Positions 47,531 through 57,437 of a stretch of DNA of 64,000 nucleotides are shown piece after piece. The DNA is from Candidatus Bathyarchaeia archaeon (GTDB taxonomy: Archaea > Thermoproteota > Bathyarchaeia > Bathyarchaeales > Bathycorpusculaceae). Below the pieces are notes generated by a model. It was not told where the DNA came from. It was given only the letters and a program-made list of their open reading frames with translations, and ran no database searches. How positions within the stretch are numbered: position 1 is the first letter of the stretch; every line of letters begins with the position of its first letter. The stretch spans positions 1 to 64,000 of the forward strand of contig JBMFMB010000002.1 in NCBI GenBank assembly GCA_049970895.1, in the 5' to 3' direction. Made by a program: the position numbers and the translations under genes.

Positions 47531-49264
47531 ATGTCAGCTAAAAGGAAAAAGAAGGTTGAAGAAGCAAAAATTGAAAAACCGCCGGAAAAACCATGGTACA
47601 AGTTTTGGCCTCCAGGCGTTAGGAAACACATAGACTATCCAGAAGTGCCACTTTTCGAGTTTTTAAGGGATTCTGCCAGAAAATATCCGGATAAGACCGC
47701 GATCATCTACTTTGACAGAAAAATAACCTATAAAGAGCTTGACGTGCTTTCCGACAAGTTTGCAACAGCCCTAGTGGATTTGGGAGTGAAAAAGGGAGAC
47801 AAGGTCGCAATTTTCCTTCCAAATATCCCACAGTTTGTAATTTCATATTATGGCGCGTTAAAGGCTGGAGCAATTGTAACGGCAATAAGTCCCCTCTACA
47901 AGGAGCGGGAGGTGGAGCATCAACTAAACGATTCTGAAGCTGAAACAATAATTGTCCTCGACATGCTTTACCCAATCGTGGAAAAGGTTTGGGAGAAAAC
48001 AAAGCTTCGAAATGTCATAGTGGCTAGTCTAAAGGATTATATGCCAACGTTTAAGGCTTTTTTGGGTTCTCTGCTGAAAAAGATTCCAGCACGTAAAGTA
48101 GAACGTAGGGCGAATGTTTACTTCTTCACAGAACTTATGGCAAGGTATGAGGCTAAGCCGCCAAAGGTTGAAATAAATCCGAGGGAGGATTTGGCTGCCC
48201 TCCAATATACTGGTGGGACCACAGGCATCTCTAAGGGGGCTATGCTCACCCACATGAATCTTGTTTCCAACGCAGTTATGTGTAAAGAGTGGCTGCAAGC
48301 CAAAGAGGCTGAAGAAGTTGTTTTAACGGTTCTTCCGCTTTTCCACATTTACGGCATGACAACAAGCATGAACGCCCCAATATTCTTCGTTGGAACAATG
48401 GTTATGCTGCCCCGCTTCGACGCGACAGCCGTCTTGGAAGCCATTCAAAAATATAGAGTGTCTGTGTTCTGCGGTGCACCCACAATGTATGCGATGCTTC
48501 TAGCCCACCCAGACATCAAAAAATACAATCTTAGATCAATAAAGTTCTGCATATCCGGTGCGGCTCCACTCCCACCAGAGGTTCAGAAGAAGTTTATGGA
48601 GGTTACTGGCGGCGTTTTGGTTGAGGGTTATGGGCTTACAGAGTCATCGCCAGTAACACACGCCAACCCGCTTGACAAGACCATGAAAACGGTGAAGATA
48701 GGTTCAATAGGAATACCATGGCCAGACACAGACGCGAAAATAGTTGACATAGAAACTGGCGAAAAAGAGCTCCCACCCGGAGAAGTTGGTGAGCTCATAG
48801 TTAAGGGTCCGCAGGTTATGAAGGGTTATTGGAAGATGCCGGAGGAAACAGCTGAGGTTCTAAGAAATGGTTGGCTCTACACTGGCGATATCGGCAAAAT
48901 GGATGAGGATGGCTACTTCTACATAACAGATAGGAAGAAAGATCTAATCAAGTATAAGGGTTACAGTGTTTATCCAAGGGAGCTTGAAGATATCTTATAT
49001 GAGCATCCAGCCGTGAAACTATGCGGAGTTATTGGCAAACCAGACCCTGTTGCCGGTGAAATTCCAAAGGCCTTCGTTGTGCTTAAAGAGGGGATGACCA
49101 CCACAGAAGAGGAACTTATGAAATTTGTGAATGAGAAGGTTGCACCCTACAAGGCAATAAGGGAACTAGAAATTCGCAGGGAGCTGCCACTTAGTGCTGT
49201 TGGCAAAGTTCTCCGAAGAGTATTGCGGGATGAAGAGCTTAAAAAACTGGCTGCTAAAACCTAG
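47531..49264 (+). CDS. Long-chain fatty acid--CoA ligase
   Basis: QYTGGTTGISKG, LPLFHIYG, EGYGLTE, GWLYTGD, DRKKD, GKVLRR. Confidence 0.93.
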   Translation: MSAKRKKKVEEAKIEKPPEKPWYKFWPPGVRKHIDYPEVPLFEFLRDSARKYPDKTAIIYFDRKITYKELDVLSDKFATALVDLGVKKGDKVAIFLPNIPQFVISYYGALKAGAIVTAISPLYKEREVEHQLNDSEAETIIVLDMLYPIVEKVWEKTKLRNVIVASLKDYMPTFKAFLGSLLKKIPARKVERRANVYFFTELMARYEAKPPKVEINPREDLAALQYTGGTTGISKGAMLTHMNLVSNAVMCKEWLQAKEAEEVVLTVLPLFHIYGMTTSMNAPIFFVGTMVMLPRFDATAVLEAIQKYRVSVFCGAPTMYAMLLAHPDIKKYNLRSIKFCISGAAPLPPEVQKKFMEVTGGVLVEGYGLTESSPVTHANPLDKTMKTVKIGSIGIPWPDTDAKIVDIETGEKELPPGEVGELIVKGPQVMKGYWKMPEETAEVLRNGWLYTGDIGKMDEDGYFYITDRKKDLIKYKGYSVYPRELEDILYEHPAVKLCGVIGKPDPVAGEIPKAFVVLKEGMTTTEEELMKFVNEKVAPYKAIRELEIRRELPLSAVGKVLRRVLRDEELKKLAAKT

Positions 49265-49296
49265 CCTTCCTCTTTCTTTATTGGCGCTGTTTACTT

Positions 49297-50838
49297 TTAA
49301 ACTGGCTCGCTTAGCTTCTTCCCAAACTTTTCAGTCCACTCGCTGACTGAGATGGCGAACTGTTTTTCCACATTGTTTCTGTGGATGCTGTTGTATGTGC
49401 AGAAAGGTCTGACCTTGCCGTCTGGCGTTGCGTAGTGTATTACGCATCTTTGTACGCGGTCTAGGTCAAAGTTCCAAACGTCCATAAAGTGCATTATTCC
49501 AATCATGATTATTTTTCGCATGAAACTTCCAAGTGCCTCGTAGCTTCCCTTTGTTATAACGTCCTTAAGCAAGCCTCTAACAAGAGACGACTTCACCAGT
49601 GGCAGCAGCTCCAACATCTTCATCTTCGCCTTCGTCCTCTTGCCCTTAACACCAGAGTAGTAAATGTCCCAGAAGATTTCGGCGAGACGGTCAACATCCA
49701 CATATTGGGTTATAGGCTTGTATGAACCGTCCTTTTCAACTACTAGGAATGTCGCCGCCCCACACATGGGGTGCATAGTAAACTCGGGATAAATCCTGTT
49801 CTTCACAACGCCCATGCCCTTAGAAATTGGAACAGGCCAATTAACAGGCCTCCAGTCCCACCGTGTAACAACCCCGTTCGTCTGCTCTTCTATTAGTTTG
49901 ATGGTTTCCGGCACCGTTATGCGCATTTTCCGCATTTCGTCTTTGCGAGCTCTTCCAGCCATGGAGATTGGCTGAATGTTGATGCATCTGACGACATCGT
50001 GATTTTCAACCGCGTAGCGGACTATGTCGCCTAAGTCTTTGTCGTTCACGCCTCTTGCGAGGGTGACCACCAAAACTATTGAGTCTAAGCCTACTTTTCG
50101 CGCGTTTTCCAATACCTTATGCTTTATTTGGGCAAGGTCTGTTCTACCCCTAGTCTTCTTGTAAATTTCTTCTCTTAAACCATCAAACTGCAGGTAGAGT
50201 GTGCTCATGCCAGCATCAAAAAGCTTCCTGAAATAGTCTACGTCTTCTGCGATGCGTAAACCATTAGTGTTCACTTCCACATGTTCTATCCCAGCCTTTT
50301 TCGCTTCTGCGATAAGCTGTGGCAAATCGTTTCTTAGGGTTGGTTCGCCTCCGCTGAACTGTAGAGCGTTACACGCCCAGGGCTTGTTGTTCCTGAGCAG
50401 TTTAATCATTTCCACAATCTGCTGATATTTTGGTTCATAAACATAATTGACCGCCCCAGCATAGGCAAAGCAGACAGGACAAGCCATGTTGCACCTGTTT
50501 GTTACATCTATTATGCCTAAAACTGTGTAGGACTTGTGCTGGGTGCATAAGCCGCAGTCGTATGGGCACCCGTTAACAGTTTTTGTATGAGGGTTCTCCA
50601 AGCCGTTTCCCATGTATTTGGCGTTATACCATTCCCTGTAAATCCACTTGAAAAGTTCAGCGTCACCCCAATAGACATCTTCAAATTTCCCATGTTTGGG
50701 ACATGTTTTTTCAAGGTAGATTACGCCGTTTTCCTCATAAATTCTCATGGGAACTCTGTTTAGGCATTCTGGGCACAGGCTTGTGGAATAGGCTTCAAAT
50801 TTTGCCTCTTCTTCTTGTTTTTGCATTTCAATCGCCAT
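49297..50838 (-). CDS. tes: Tetraether lipid synthase (GDGT macrocycle-forming radical SAM enzyme)
   Basis: SLCPEC...KTCPKHG, CPYDCGLCTQH, CNMACPVC (radical SAM), QFSGGEPT, HPMCG, MHFMD.WNFD..RVQRCVIHY..PDG...PFCTYN. Confidence 0.88.
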   Translation of the reverse strand: MAIEMQKQEEEAKFEAYSTSLCPECLNRVPMRIYEENGVIYLEKTCPKHGKFEDVYWGDAELFKWIYREWYNAKYMGNGLENPHTKTVNGCPYDCGLCTQHKSYTVLGIIDVTNRCNMACPVCFAYAGAVNYVYEPKYQQIVEMIKLLRNNKPWACNALQFSGGEPTLRNDLPQLIAEAKKAGIEHVEVNTNGLRIAEDVDYFRKLFDAGMSTLYLQFDGLREEIYKKTRGRTDLAQIKHKVLENARKVGLDSIVLVVTLARGVNDKDLGDIVRYAVENHDVVRCINIQPISMAGRARKDEMRKMRITVPETIKLIEEQTNGVVTRWDWRPVNWPVPISKGMGVVKNRIYPEFTMHPMCGAATFLVVEKDGSYKPITQYVDVDRLAEIFWDIYYSGVKGKRTKAKMKMLELLPLVKSSLVRGLLKDVITKGSYEALGSFMRKIIMIGIMHFMDVWNFDLDRVQRCVIHYATPDGKVRPFCTYNSIHRNNVEKQFAISVSEWTEKFGKKLSEPV

Positions 50839-50868
50839 GTTATGGTTTAAGGTCTCGGCTTGTGGCTA

Positions 50869-50893
50869 TATTAAAATTTCCATAATTTTAATA
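50869..50893. promoter_or_regulatory. Perfect 10-bp inverted repeat forming back-to-back TATA boxes between tes and trmB
   Basis: TATTAAAATT-TCCAT-AATTTTAATA; each arm reads TTTTAATA about 25-30 nt from the ATG of the gene it faces. Confidence 0.6.
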
Positions 50894-50917
50894 GGATGAA
50901 AAGTGTTATTCCTTTAC

Positions 50918-51661
50918 ATGAGCGAAAAAGTAAAGATGATGCTGAGAAGGGTTGGACTTACAGACTACGAGGCAGACGCATACCTACTCCTTATGGCGAA
51001 AGGTGCATTAACAGCCAAACAAATAAGCTATGGAGCCCAAATACCCTACTCAAAAGTTTACCAGATCCTAAACAGCTTGGAAAAGAAGGGTTGGATAGAG
51101 GCGACAAGAAAAAGACCAAGCAGATACTTTCCAAAATCGCCTGAAACAGCCTTAAAAACGGCCAAGGCAGCCTTTGAAAACGAGTGGCTTCAAATCGAGA
51201 AAACAATAACCGACGAGCTGCTCCCAATCTATGAAAAACTGAAAACTAAAGAGAAATATGATGTTTGGATTTTGCGAGGCGCATTAAACATAATTTCAAA
51301 GTTTAGGGAAATGACCAAAAAATGTAGGCAGGAGATGCTCATAGCCCTACCATTCATCAAAGAAGAGTTTCTGATGGATTTCCACCAACTGCTCCACTCT
51401 TTTATCGGCGATGGAGTGCAGGTCCGCTTCATGATGTTAAAGGGATTAAGCGAAAATGTGTATAGGGCTCTTTCAAAAATTGGCGAGGTAAAGTGCAGAA
51501 CAAAAATGTTTGGCGGCGGCGCCATATCAGACGGCAGCGAAGTTCTATTGCTCTTCAGCGATGAAAGGGGTGAGATAAGTGCCATATGGTCTGACCATCC
51601 TGGCTTGGCGACATTAGCAAAAGACTACTTCAACTATTTGTGGAAGGAGCCTGAAGGGTGA
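50918..51661 (+). CDS. TrmB family transcriptional regulator
   Basis: GLTDYEADAY..L, IPYSKVYQILNSLEKKGWI, RPSRY.PKSP, C-terminal effector domain. Confidence 0.9.
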   Translation: MSEKVKMMLRRVGLTDYEADAYLLLMAKGALTAKQISYGAQIPYSKVYQILNSLEKKGWIEATRKRPSRYFPKSPETALKTAKAAFENEWLQIEKTITDELLPIYEKLKTKEKYDVWILRGALNIISKFREMTKKCRQEMLIALPFIKEEFLMDFHQLLHSFIGDGVQVRFMMLKGLSENVYRALSKIGEVKCRTKMFGGGAISDGSEVLLLFSDERGEISAIWSDHPGLATLAKDYFNYLWKEPEG

Positions 51662-51713
51662 AACTTTAAAACCAGCTTTTCAACTGTGAATAAATTTCAA
51701 GAGATGGAATACG

Positions 51714-53993
51714 GTGCGAGTGAAGGTTAGAGTTACGGGCATAATTCAGGGCGTAGGATTCCGCCCCTTCATATATCGCATAGCCGTAAAAAATGGCCTG
51801 AAAGGCTATGTCAGGAATATGGGCGATGCTGGTGTTGAAATCCTCCTAGAAGGTGAGGAAAACGCCATCAACAATTTCTTGAGGGATTTGAGGTGGAAGA
51901 AGCCGCCTTTGGCGCAGATTCAAGAAATTATCATAAGGGAGCTCGAAGGCGAGAACCAGTATACAAGCTTTACGATTGAGAAGAGCTCAGAGGAGTCTGA
52001 GCTTTCTGGTTCTGTTATTCCGCCAGATGTAGCCATATGCGACGAGTGCCTAAAGGAGTTAAGGGAGAAGGGCAACCTCAGATACGAGTACTTTTTCATA
52101 ACTTGCACTGATTGCGGTCCAAGATACACGATTATTGAGAGGCTTCCCTACGACCGTGAAAACACCACCATGCGGGACTTCCCCATGTGCAGCTTCTGCC
52201 AAAAAGAGTACAAAGACCCATTGAATAGGCGTTTTCATGCACAAACTGTGGCTTGCCCAAAATGTGGTCCAAAAGTTTACCTAACAACGTGTAAAGGCGA
52301 ACTTGTTTCCACTAATGATCCAATAAGGGAGACTGGTAAACTGCTCGCGGAAGGCTTTATCGTCGCCATAAAGGGATACGGTGGCTTCCACGTGGCGGCT
52401 GCAACAACAAAGGATGAGCCTTTGATAAGGCTTAGGGAAGCGAAGCATAGAAGGCAGAAGCCCTTCGCTATTATGGCAAGAAGCCTCGAAGCCGTGCAGT
52501 CCTTCGCCGAAGTAAGCCCAAAAGAAGCCGAGCTTTTAATCTCCCATACACGTCCAATAGTACTTCTGAAAAAGAACAGCAAATACTACCTTTCAGATTT
52601 GATTGCTCCGGGCTTGCATAATGTCGGCGTCATGCTCCCCTATACTGGACTACACTATATGCTTTTTGACGAGGTGGACGAGCCAGCCTTTGTTATGACG
52701 AGTGCTAATCCACCAAACCAGCCTATAGTTAAAGATGACGATGAAGCCCTAAAAACTCTTGGTGGCATTGTTGACTACTTCCTTTTTCATAATAGACGAA
52801 TAGCCCATAGATGCGACGACTCAGTTGTGCGGGTGCACGGCGAGAAAACGGTTTTTATTAGGCGTTCGAGGGGTTATGCGCCCGCCCCAATAATGCTGAG
52901 GGAAAAAGCCAAAAAATGCGTTTTAGCATTGGGCGGAGAGCTGAACAACACTGCTTGTGTTTTGCTTGGCAATAAAGCCTTCATATCCCAGCACATAGGC
53001 GATGTGGAAAACATAGAAACCCGCGATTTCTTGGAGAATGCAGCCAAACATTTAATTCGCCTAACAAACAGCAAGGTGGACGCTGTTGCATGCGATTTAC
53101 ACCCAAAATTCACAACAACAAAGCTTGCAAAAGACTTGGCGGAAGGGAATGATTGGCAGTTCTTCCAAGTTCAACATCACTATGCACATGTTGCAGCCTT
53201 GATGGCTGAACATGGCATATCCGAAATCGTTGGCATCTGCTGCGACGGCTATGGTTATGGCGTTGACGGCGAAGCTTGGGGAGGCGAAATAATACTAGGC
53301 TTAAGGGACTCGATGGAGTTTAAACGCCTAGCCCACCTTGAAAAACAGCCTATGATCGGCGGGGATTTAGCCACCAGCTATCCGCTCAGGATAGCGGCTG
53401 GAATACTACACAAAAAAGTGAACGTGGAAGACTGGCTCATGCAAAATAAGGGGCTTTTTCCGCATGGCGAAAAGGAAGCCCAGCTAATTTTTCAGCAATT
53501 GAAAACGGGGCGCGGCACGGTTAAAACAACAAGTTGTGGAAGGGTTTTAGACGCTGTTGCCGCCGTTTTAGGAGTGTGCCATGAGCGAACATATGAGGGC
53601 GAGCCAGCTATGAAGCTGGAATCAACAGCCATAAAAGGAAAAGACGTCTTGAAATTAAAGCCAATAATTGAAGACAACACCCTCAACACGACAGAACTGC
53701 TATTGGAGATATTTGAAAACAGGGAAAGATATGGCATACATGATTTGGCTTTCTCCGCCCACGCCTACCTAGCAAAAGGCTTGGCAGAACTAGCCATAGA
53801 AAAGGCGTTAGAGAATGACGTTAAAGCAGTGGGCTTTTCTGGCGGAGTTGCATGCAACGAAATACTAGCAAGAATCATACGGGAAACTGTTGAGGCATCT
53901 AACCTAAAATTTCTCGTTCACGAGGCTGTTCCGTCGGGTGATGGCGGCTTATCTTTTGGTCAAGCTTTCGCCGCTGGATTCCTGCCACCATAA
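51714..53993 (+). CDS. hypF: Hydrogenase maturation carbamoyltransferase
   Basis: GIIQGVGFRPF, CDEC, CTDCGPRY, RRFHAQ..CPKCGP, SQHIGD, DLHP, QHHYAH, GDGGLSFGQ. Confidence 0.97.
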   Translation: MRVKVRVTGIIQGVGFRPFIYRIAVKNGLKGYVRNMGDAGVEILLEGEENAINNFLRDLRWKKPPLAQIQEIIIRELEGENQYTSFTIEKSSEESELSGSVIPPDVAICDECLKELREKGNLRYEYFFITCTDCGPRYTIIERLPYDRENTTMRDFPMCSFCQKEYKDPLNRRFHAQTVACPKCGPKVYLTTCKGELVSTNDPIRETGKLLAEGFIVAIKGYGGFHVAAATTKDEPLIRLREAKHRRQKPFAIMARSLEAVQSFAEVSPKEAELLISHTRPIVLLKKNSKYYLSDLIAPGLHNVGVMLPYTGLHYMLFDEVDEPAFVMTSANPPNQPIVKDDDEALKTLGGIVDYFLFHNRRIAHRCDDSVVRVHGEKTVFIRRSRGYAPAPIMLREKAKKCVLALGGELNNTACVLLGNKAFISQHIGDVENIETRDFLENAAKHLIRLTNSKVDAVACDLHPKFTTTKLAKDLAEGNDWQFFQVQHHYAHVAALMAEHGISEIVGICCDGYGYGVDGEAWGGEIILGLRDSMEFKRLAHLEKQPMIGGDLATSYPLRIAAGILHKKVNVEDWLMQNKGLFPHGEKEAQLIFQQLKTGRGTVKTTSCGRVLDAVAAVLGVCHERTYEGEPAMKLESTAIKGKDVLKLKPIIEDNTLNTTELLLEIFENRERYGIHDLAFSAHAYLAKGLAELAIEKALENDVKAVGFSGGVACNEILARIIRETVEASNLKFLVHEAVPSGDGGLSFGQAFAAGFLPP

Positions 53994-54039
53994 GCCATAA
54001 ACGATTTATCCCTGTTTGTTTTGCTATTTTCAGATAAAA

Positions 54040-54285
54040 ATGTGTTTAGCTATCCCCGCAAAGGTTGTAAGCATTCAGGGCAATGTTGCAAAAGTGGATT
54101 TTGGAGGGGGCATAATAAGGGAGGTTGACGTAAGCCTCGTAGACGTCAAGCCCGATGATTATGTGCTTGTTCATGCGGGTTATGCCATTCAAGTGCTAAG
54201 TAAGGAAGAAGCTGAAGAAACGCTTCGTTTATGGAGTGAAATTCTAGAAGCTGGAGAAAAGCTTGAACGAAATGATTTGCGATGA
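54040..54285 (+). CDS. hypC: Hydrogenase maturation chaperone
   Basis: MCLAIPAKV, YVLVHAGYAI. Confidence 0.96.
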   Translation: MCLAIPAKVVSIQGNVAKVDFGGGIIREVDVSLVDVKPDDYVLVHAGYAIQVLSKEEAEETLRLWSEILEAGEKLERNDLR

Positions 54286-54291
54286 GCTGAA

Positions 54292-55392
54292 ATGTTTGAG
54301 CATTTAAAATTCAGAGATCCAAAATTAGCGAAACGTGTCGTTGAAAAAATCCACGAAGTTGCACCAAAACGTGATACCGTGAAGATATGCCATGTCTGCG
54401 GCACTCACGAGTGGACAATAACCCATTATGGGCTTAGAAGCCTTTTACCACAAAATGTTGAGGTTATAGCTGGACCAGGATGCCCAGTGTGCATTACACC
54501 AGCCTCTGAAATAGATGAGGCTGTGCAACTCGCCCTAAAAGGGGTTGTTGTGACATGCTTTGGGGATGTGCTCCGCGTACCGGGCTCCGAAAAATCACTA
54601 TTAGACGCCAAAGCGGAAGGAGCAGATGTCCGAGTTGTTTATAGCGCATTAGACGCGGTTAAAATGGCTGAAAAAGAGCCGGATAAAGAGTTCACCTTTT
54701 TCGCTATAGGTTTTGAAACAACAGCTCCATCAACAGCCCTTGAAATCTTGAAAATGCCGCCAAAAAACCTAAGCTTTCTGGTCTCTCATCGTCTTATACC
54801 ACCAGCAATGGAGCTTCTCCTTGGAATAGGCGACCTCCACATAGATGGTTTCATCGCTCCAGGACATGTGAGCACCATTATAGGCTTAAAGCCATATGAG
54901 ATTTTCCCGAAAGCTTATCGCATGCCAACAGTGGTAGCTGGCTTTGAACCTTTAGATGTATTATTTGCCATATACATGGTCTTAAAACAGATTAAGGATA
55001 ATACGGCACGTTTAGAAAATGAGTATGTTAGGGCTGTAAGCTGGGAAGGCAACGCTAAAGCGCAAGAGCTAATGCACAAGGCATTCCAAACTGTAGACGG
55101 AGAGTGGCGTGGTTTAGGAAAACTTCCATCATCAGCATTCAAATTAAGGGAAGAACACCGCACTTTTGACGCAAGGGAAAAGTTTGGAGTAAAAATTAGT
55201 CGCGGAAGAGACCTACTGCCAGGATGCCAATGCCACCTCGTGATGATTGGGAAGATTGAGCCTACAGAATGCCCGCTATTCATGAAGGCTTGCACTCCGC
55301 AAAAGCCCATGGGTGCATGCATGGTCAGTGCAGAAGGAACATGCAGCATATGGGCAAAGGCAATAAATACAACAGAAAATAGAATAGCGTAA
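54292..55392 (+). CDS. hypD: Hydrogenase maturation protein
   Basis: HVCGTHE, GPGCPVC, GFETTAP, PGHVS, GFEP, GACMVSAEGTC. Confidence 0.97.
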   Translation: MFEHLKFRDPKLAKRVVEKIHEVAPKRDTVKICHVCGTHEWTITHYGLRSLLPQNVEVIAGPGCPVCITPASEIDEAVQLALKGVVVTCFGDVLRVPGSEKSLLDAKAEGADVRVVYSALDAVKMAEKEPDKEFTFFAIGFETTAPSTALEILKMPPKNLSFLVSHRLIPPAMELLLGIGDLHIDGFIAPGHVSTIIGLKPYEIFPKAYRMPTVVAGFEPLDVLFAIYMVLKQIKDNTARLENEYVRAVSWEGNAKAQELMHKAFQTVDGEWRGLGKLPSSAFKLREEHRTFDAREKFGVKISRGRDLLPGCQCHLVMIGKIEPTECPLFMKACTPQKPMGACMVSAEGTCSIWAKAINTTENRIA

Positions 55393-55403
55393 TATGTGAT
55401 GCC

Positions 55404-55566
55404 TATGTCAGAAAAAATGTAAGAAAAGAAGTCATGGAGCTTAGAGAAAGGGTTGTAAAACTAGAGGTAAAGGTTGAAGAACTCACAAACGCGTTGATAA
55501 CCTTCAAACTATGCAAGAGAACTTTATAATTACTTGCAAAAACAAGCAAGCAAACCAACATTTTAA
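55404..55566 (+). pseudogene. Frameshifted small coiled-coil protein gene (or sequencing-error artefact)
   Basis: About three single-base corrections in short A/T runs restore MSENVRKEVMELRERVVKLEVKVEELTKRVDNLSNYARELYNYLQKQASKPTF*. Confidence 0.45.
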
Positions 55567-55581
55567 GATAAAAGAAAAGGA

Positions 55582-56010
55582 TTATGGCGGGGGGTGGCGG
55601 CGGAGGCCCTTTTCCAAAGAAAGCTTTGACATGCGGTCTCGTTAAGTAATACAATATCAGTATGTCAATGATTAAGCTGATTACTCCTGATGGAAGCGAC
55701 AGAATACCAAGGATTAAGCCAATAATTGAAAATACTAGGCATAGGGTCCAAGCCCATCCTTTACCAGTCCATAAACCATAAGCGATGAAAAAGAAATGAG
55801 TCCAAGAATGACCATCACGACCCCTATTACAATCAACATTCCAGCGACAAGCCCGCCCAGCACCCCAGGAGCCTCAGGCATTTCTCCTACGATAGTTCCA
55901 ATGAAACCTGCTGCTGCAAGCATTAAAGCACCAGCACCTAACGAGAAGAGCTCACTAACGATTTCTAAAATTGCAAGCACCGTAACTCCAAAAGGTCTCT
56001 CCATTGCCAT
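55582..56010 (-). pseudogene. Frameshifted 4-TM membrane protein gene with Pro-rich tail (or sequencing-error artefact)
   Basis: ERPFGVTVLAIL...LGLISF, shift at A5 run 55788-55792, then IAYGLWTGKGWAWTL...YYLTRPHVKAFFGKGPPPPP; second slip at G6 run 55589-55594. Confidence 0.7.
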
Positions 56011-56163
56011 TTTATTTCTCCAAACTCTCTTTGGTGTATTTACGTTATTTACGTTTAATTATATTATCTTCGGTTTGGAATAATTTCTGCGGCAGTTTTG
56101 AACATTTAACGTTATTGTTTTTAACTCGTCATAAAGAAAATAAATTGTAGGCAAAAACATGGC

Positions 56164-57234
56164 TTAGCATATTCTTGGAACAGGGTCTCCTACTGGTCTA
56201 GCGATTATTCTTTTTCCTCCAACTATCGTTTGCATTGCCACTCCACTAAACTCTCTTGTGGCTTCGCCTATAATCTCGGCGTCCTTGCCTTCTTCGGTGG
56301 CTTTTAGAAACTTTAAAACTTCTTCGGCTTTCTCCTTTACGACGCCTATGATTATTTTTCCTTCGTTGCCGACCTCGAGCGGATCCAAGCCTAGCATTTC
56401 GCATGCTGCGCGTACATTTTCCTTTATTGGTATCTTTTCTTCATAGATTAGTATGCCCACTTTGGATTTTTCGCTGAACTCGTTTAGGGCGTCTGCCAAG
56501 CCTCCGCGTGTTGGGTCTTTCATGGCGACTATGCCGCCAACATTGCTTAGCAACTGCTGAATGAGGCGGTTTAGGGGTTTAACGTCGGATTTTATTTCGC
56601 TTCCAAAGCTTAAGCCCTCTTGGGCTGATAAAACTGCCAAGCCATGGTCGCCTATTGTGCCGGACAATATTATTTTGTCTCCGGGTTTAAGGTTTGAATC
56701 TAAAATCCAACGTGTCTTAAAGTTGTCTCTAAAACGTTTAACAACTGCCAAATTTTTTTCTAGGGCTTCTGTTCTTCTGCCAATTCCAGAAACGTTTACC
56801 ACACAGCCGCCTAGGCTTCCTTTCTCAACAACTTTTGTGTCGCCCGTCACTATGCTTACATTTGCTTCTCTGCATGTTTCTTGCATGCTGGCCAAAATCT
56901 TTTCAAAATCTGTTAAGAGTAAGCCCTCCTCCAAAATGAAACCACACGCCAAGGCATAGGGTTCAGCCCCCAAAACCGCAATGTCATTAACGGTGCCAGA
57001 GACAGCCAGACGTCCAATGTCTCCGCCAGGGAAGAATATGGGCTTTACAGCATGGGAGTCGCTTTTCAAAACAATATTGCCTACAACCGCCGCATCGTCC
57101 AAAGCCTCAAGGGGCACCTCAAAATTCGCGCCTTCAGTGCCACCAAAGTACTTTAAAATGTAGTTTTTGACGAGGTCATGCATAACCGTTCCGCCAGCGC
57201 CGTGCAGCATAGTGATGTGTTTGTTCTGCTTCAT
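56164..57234 (-). CDS. hypE: Hydrogenase maturation protein
   Basis: HGAGG, DDAA, FPGGDIGRLAVSGTVND, GDTKVV, KDPTRGG, NEG, C-terminal PRIC. Confidence 0.97.
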   Translation of the reverse strand: MKQNKHITMLHGAGGTVMHDLVKNYILKYFGGTEGANFEVPLEALDDAAVVGNIVLKSDSHAVKPIFFPGGDIGRLAVSGTVNDIAVLGAEPYALACGFILEEGLLLTDFEKILASMQETCREANVSIVTGDTKVVEKGSLGGCVVNVSGIGRRTEALEKNLAVVKRFRDNFKTRWILDSNLKPGDKIILSGTIGDHGLAVLSAQEGLSFGSEIKSDVKPLNRLIQQLLSNVGGIVAMKDPTRGGLADALNEFSEKSKVGILIYEEKIPIKENVRAACEMLGLDPLEVGNEGKIIIGVVKEKAEEVLKFLKATEEGKDAEIIGEATREFSGVAMQTIVGGKRIIARPVGDPVPRIC

Positions 57235-57437
57235 AGTTTCACCATTTTAGGTGCCAATAAGGTTTAGGTTAAACATAAATGCATCGAGGGCCTCAAAAGT
57301 TTAGTAATGCTAATTCATTAAATTTTGAAATTGGCTTGTTTTGTTGGTGTTTGGTAAACTTTAAAATGTACTAGTTTATGGAAAACCATATAAACCGCCA
57401 TGTAGCTGTTCAATTGCACAGTTGGAGAGTCTATCAA

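Noticed and set aside
51714-57234. hypFCD and hypE without hydrogenase structural genes or hypAB as a novel system
   Set aside because: Scattered hyp genes are common in archaea; the partners are probably elsewhere in the genome.
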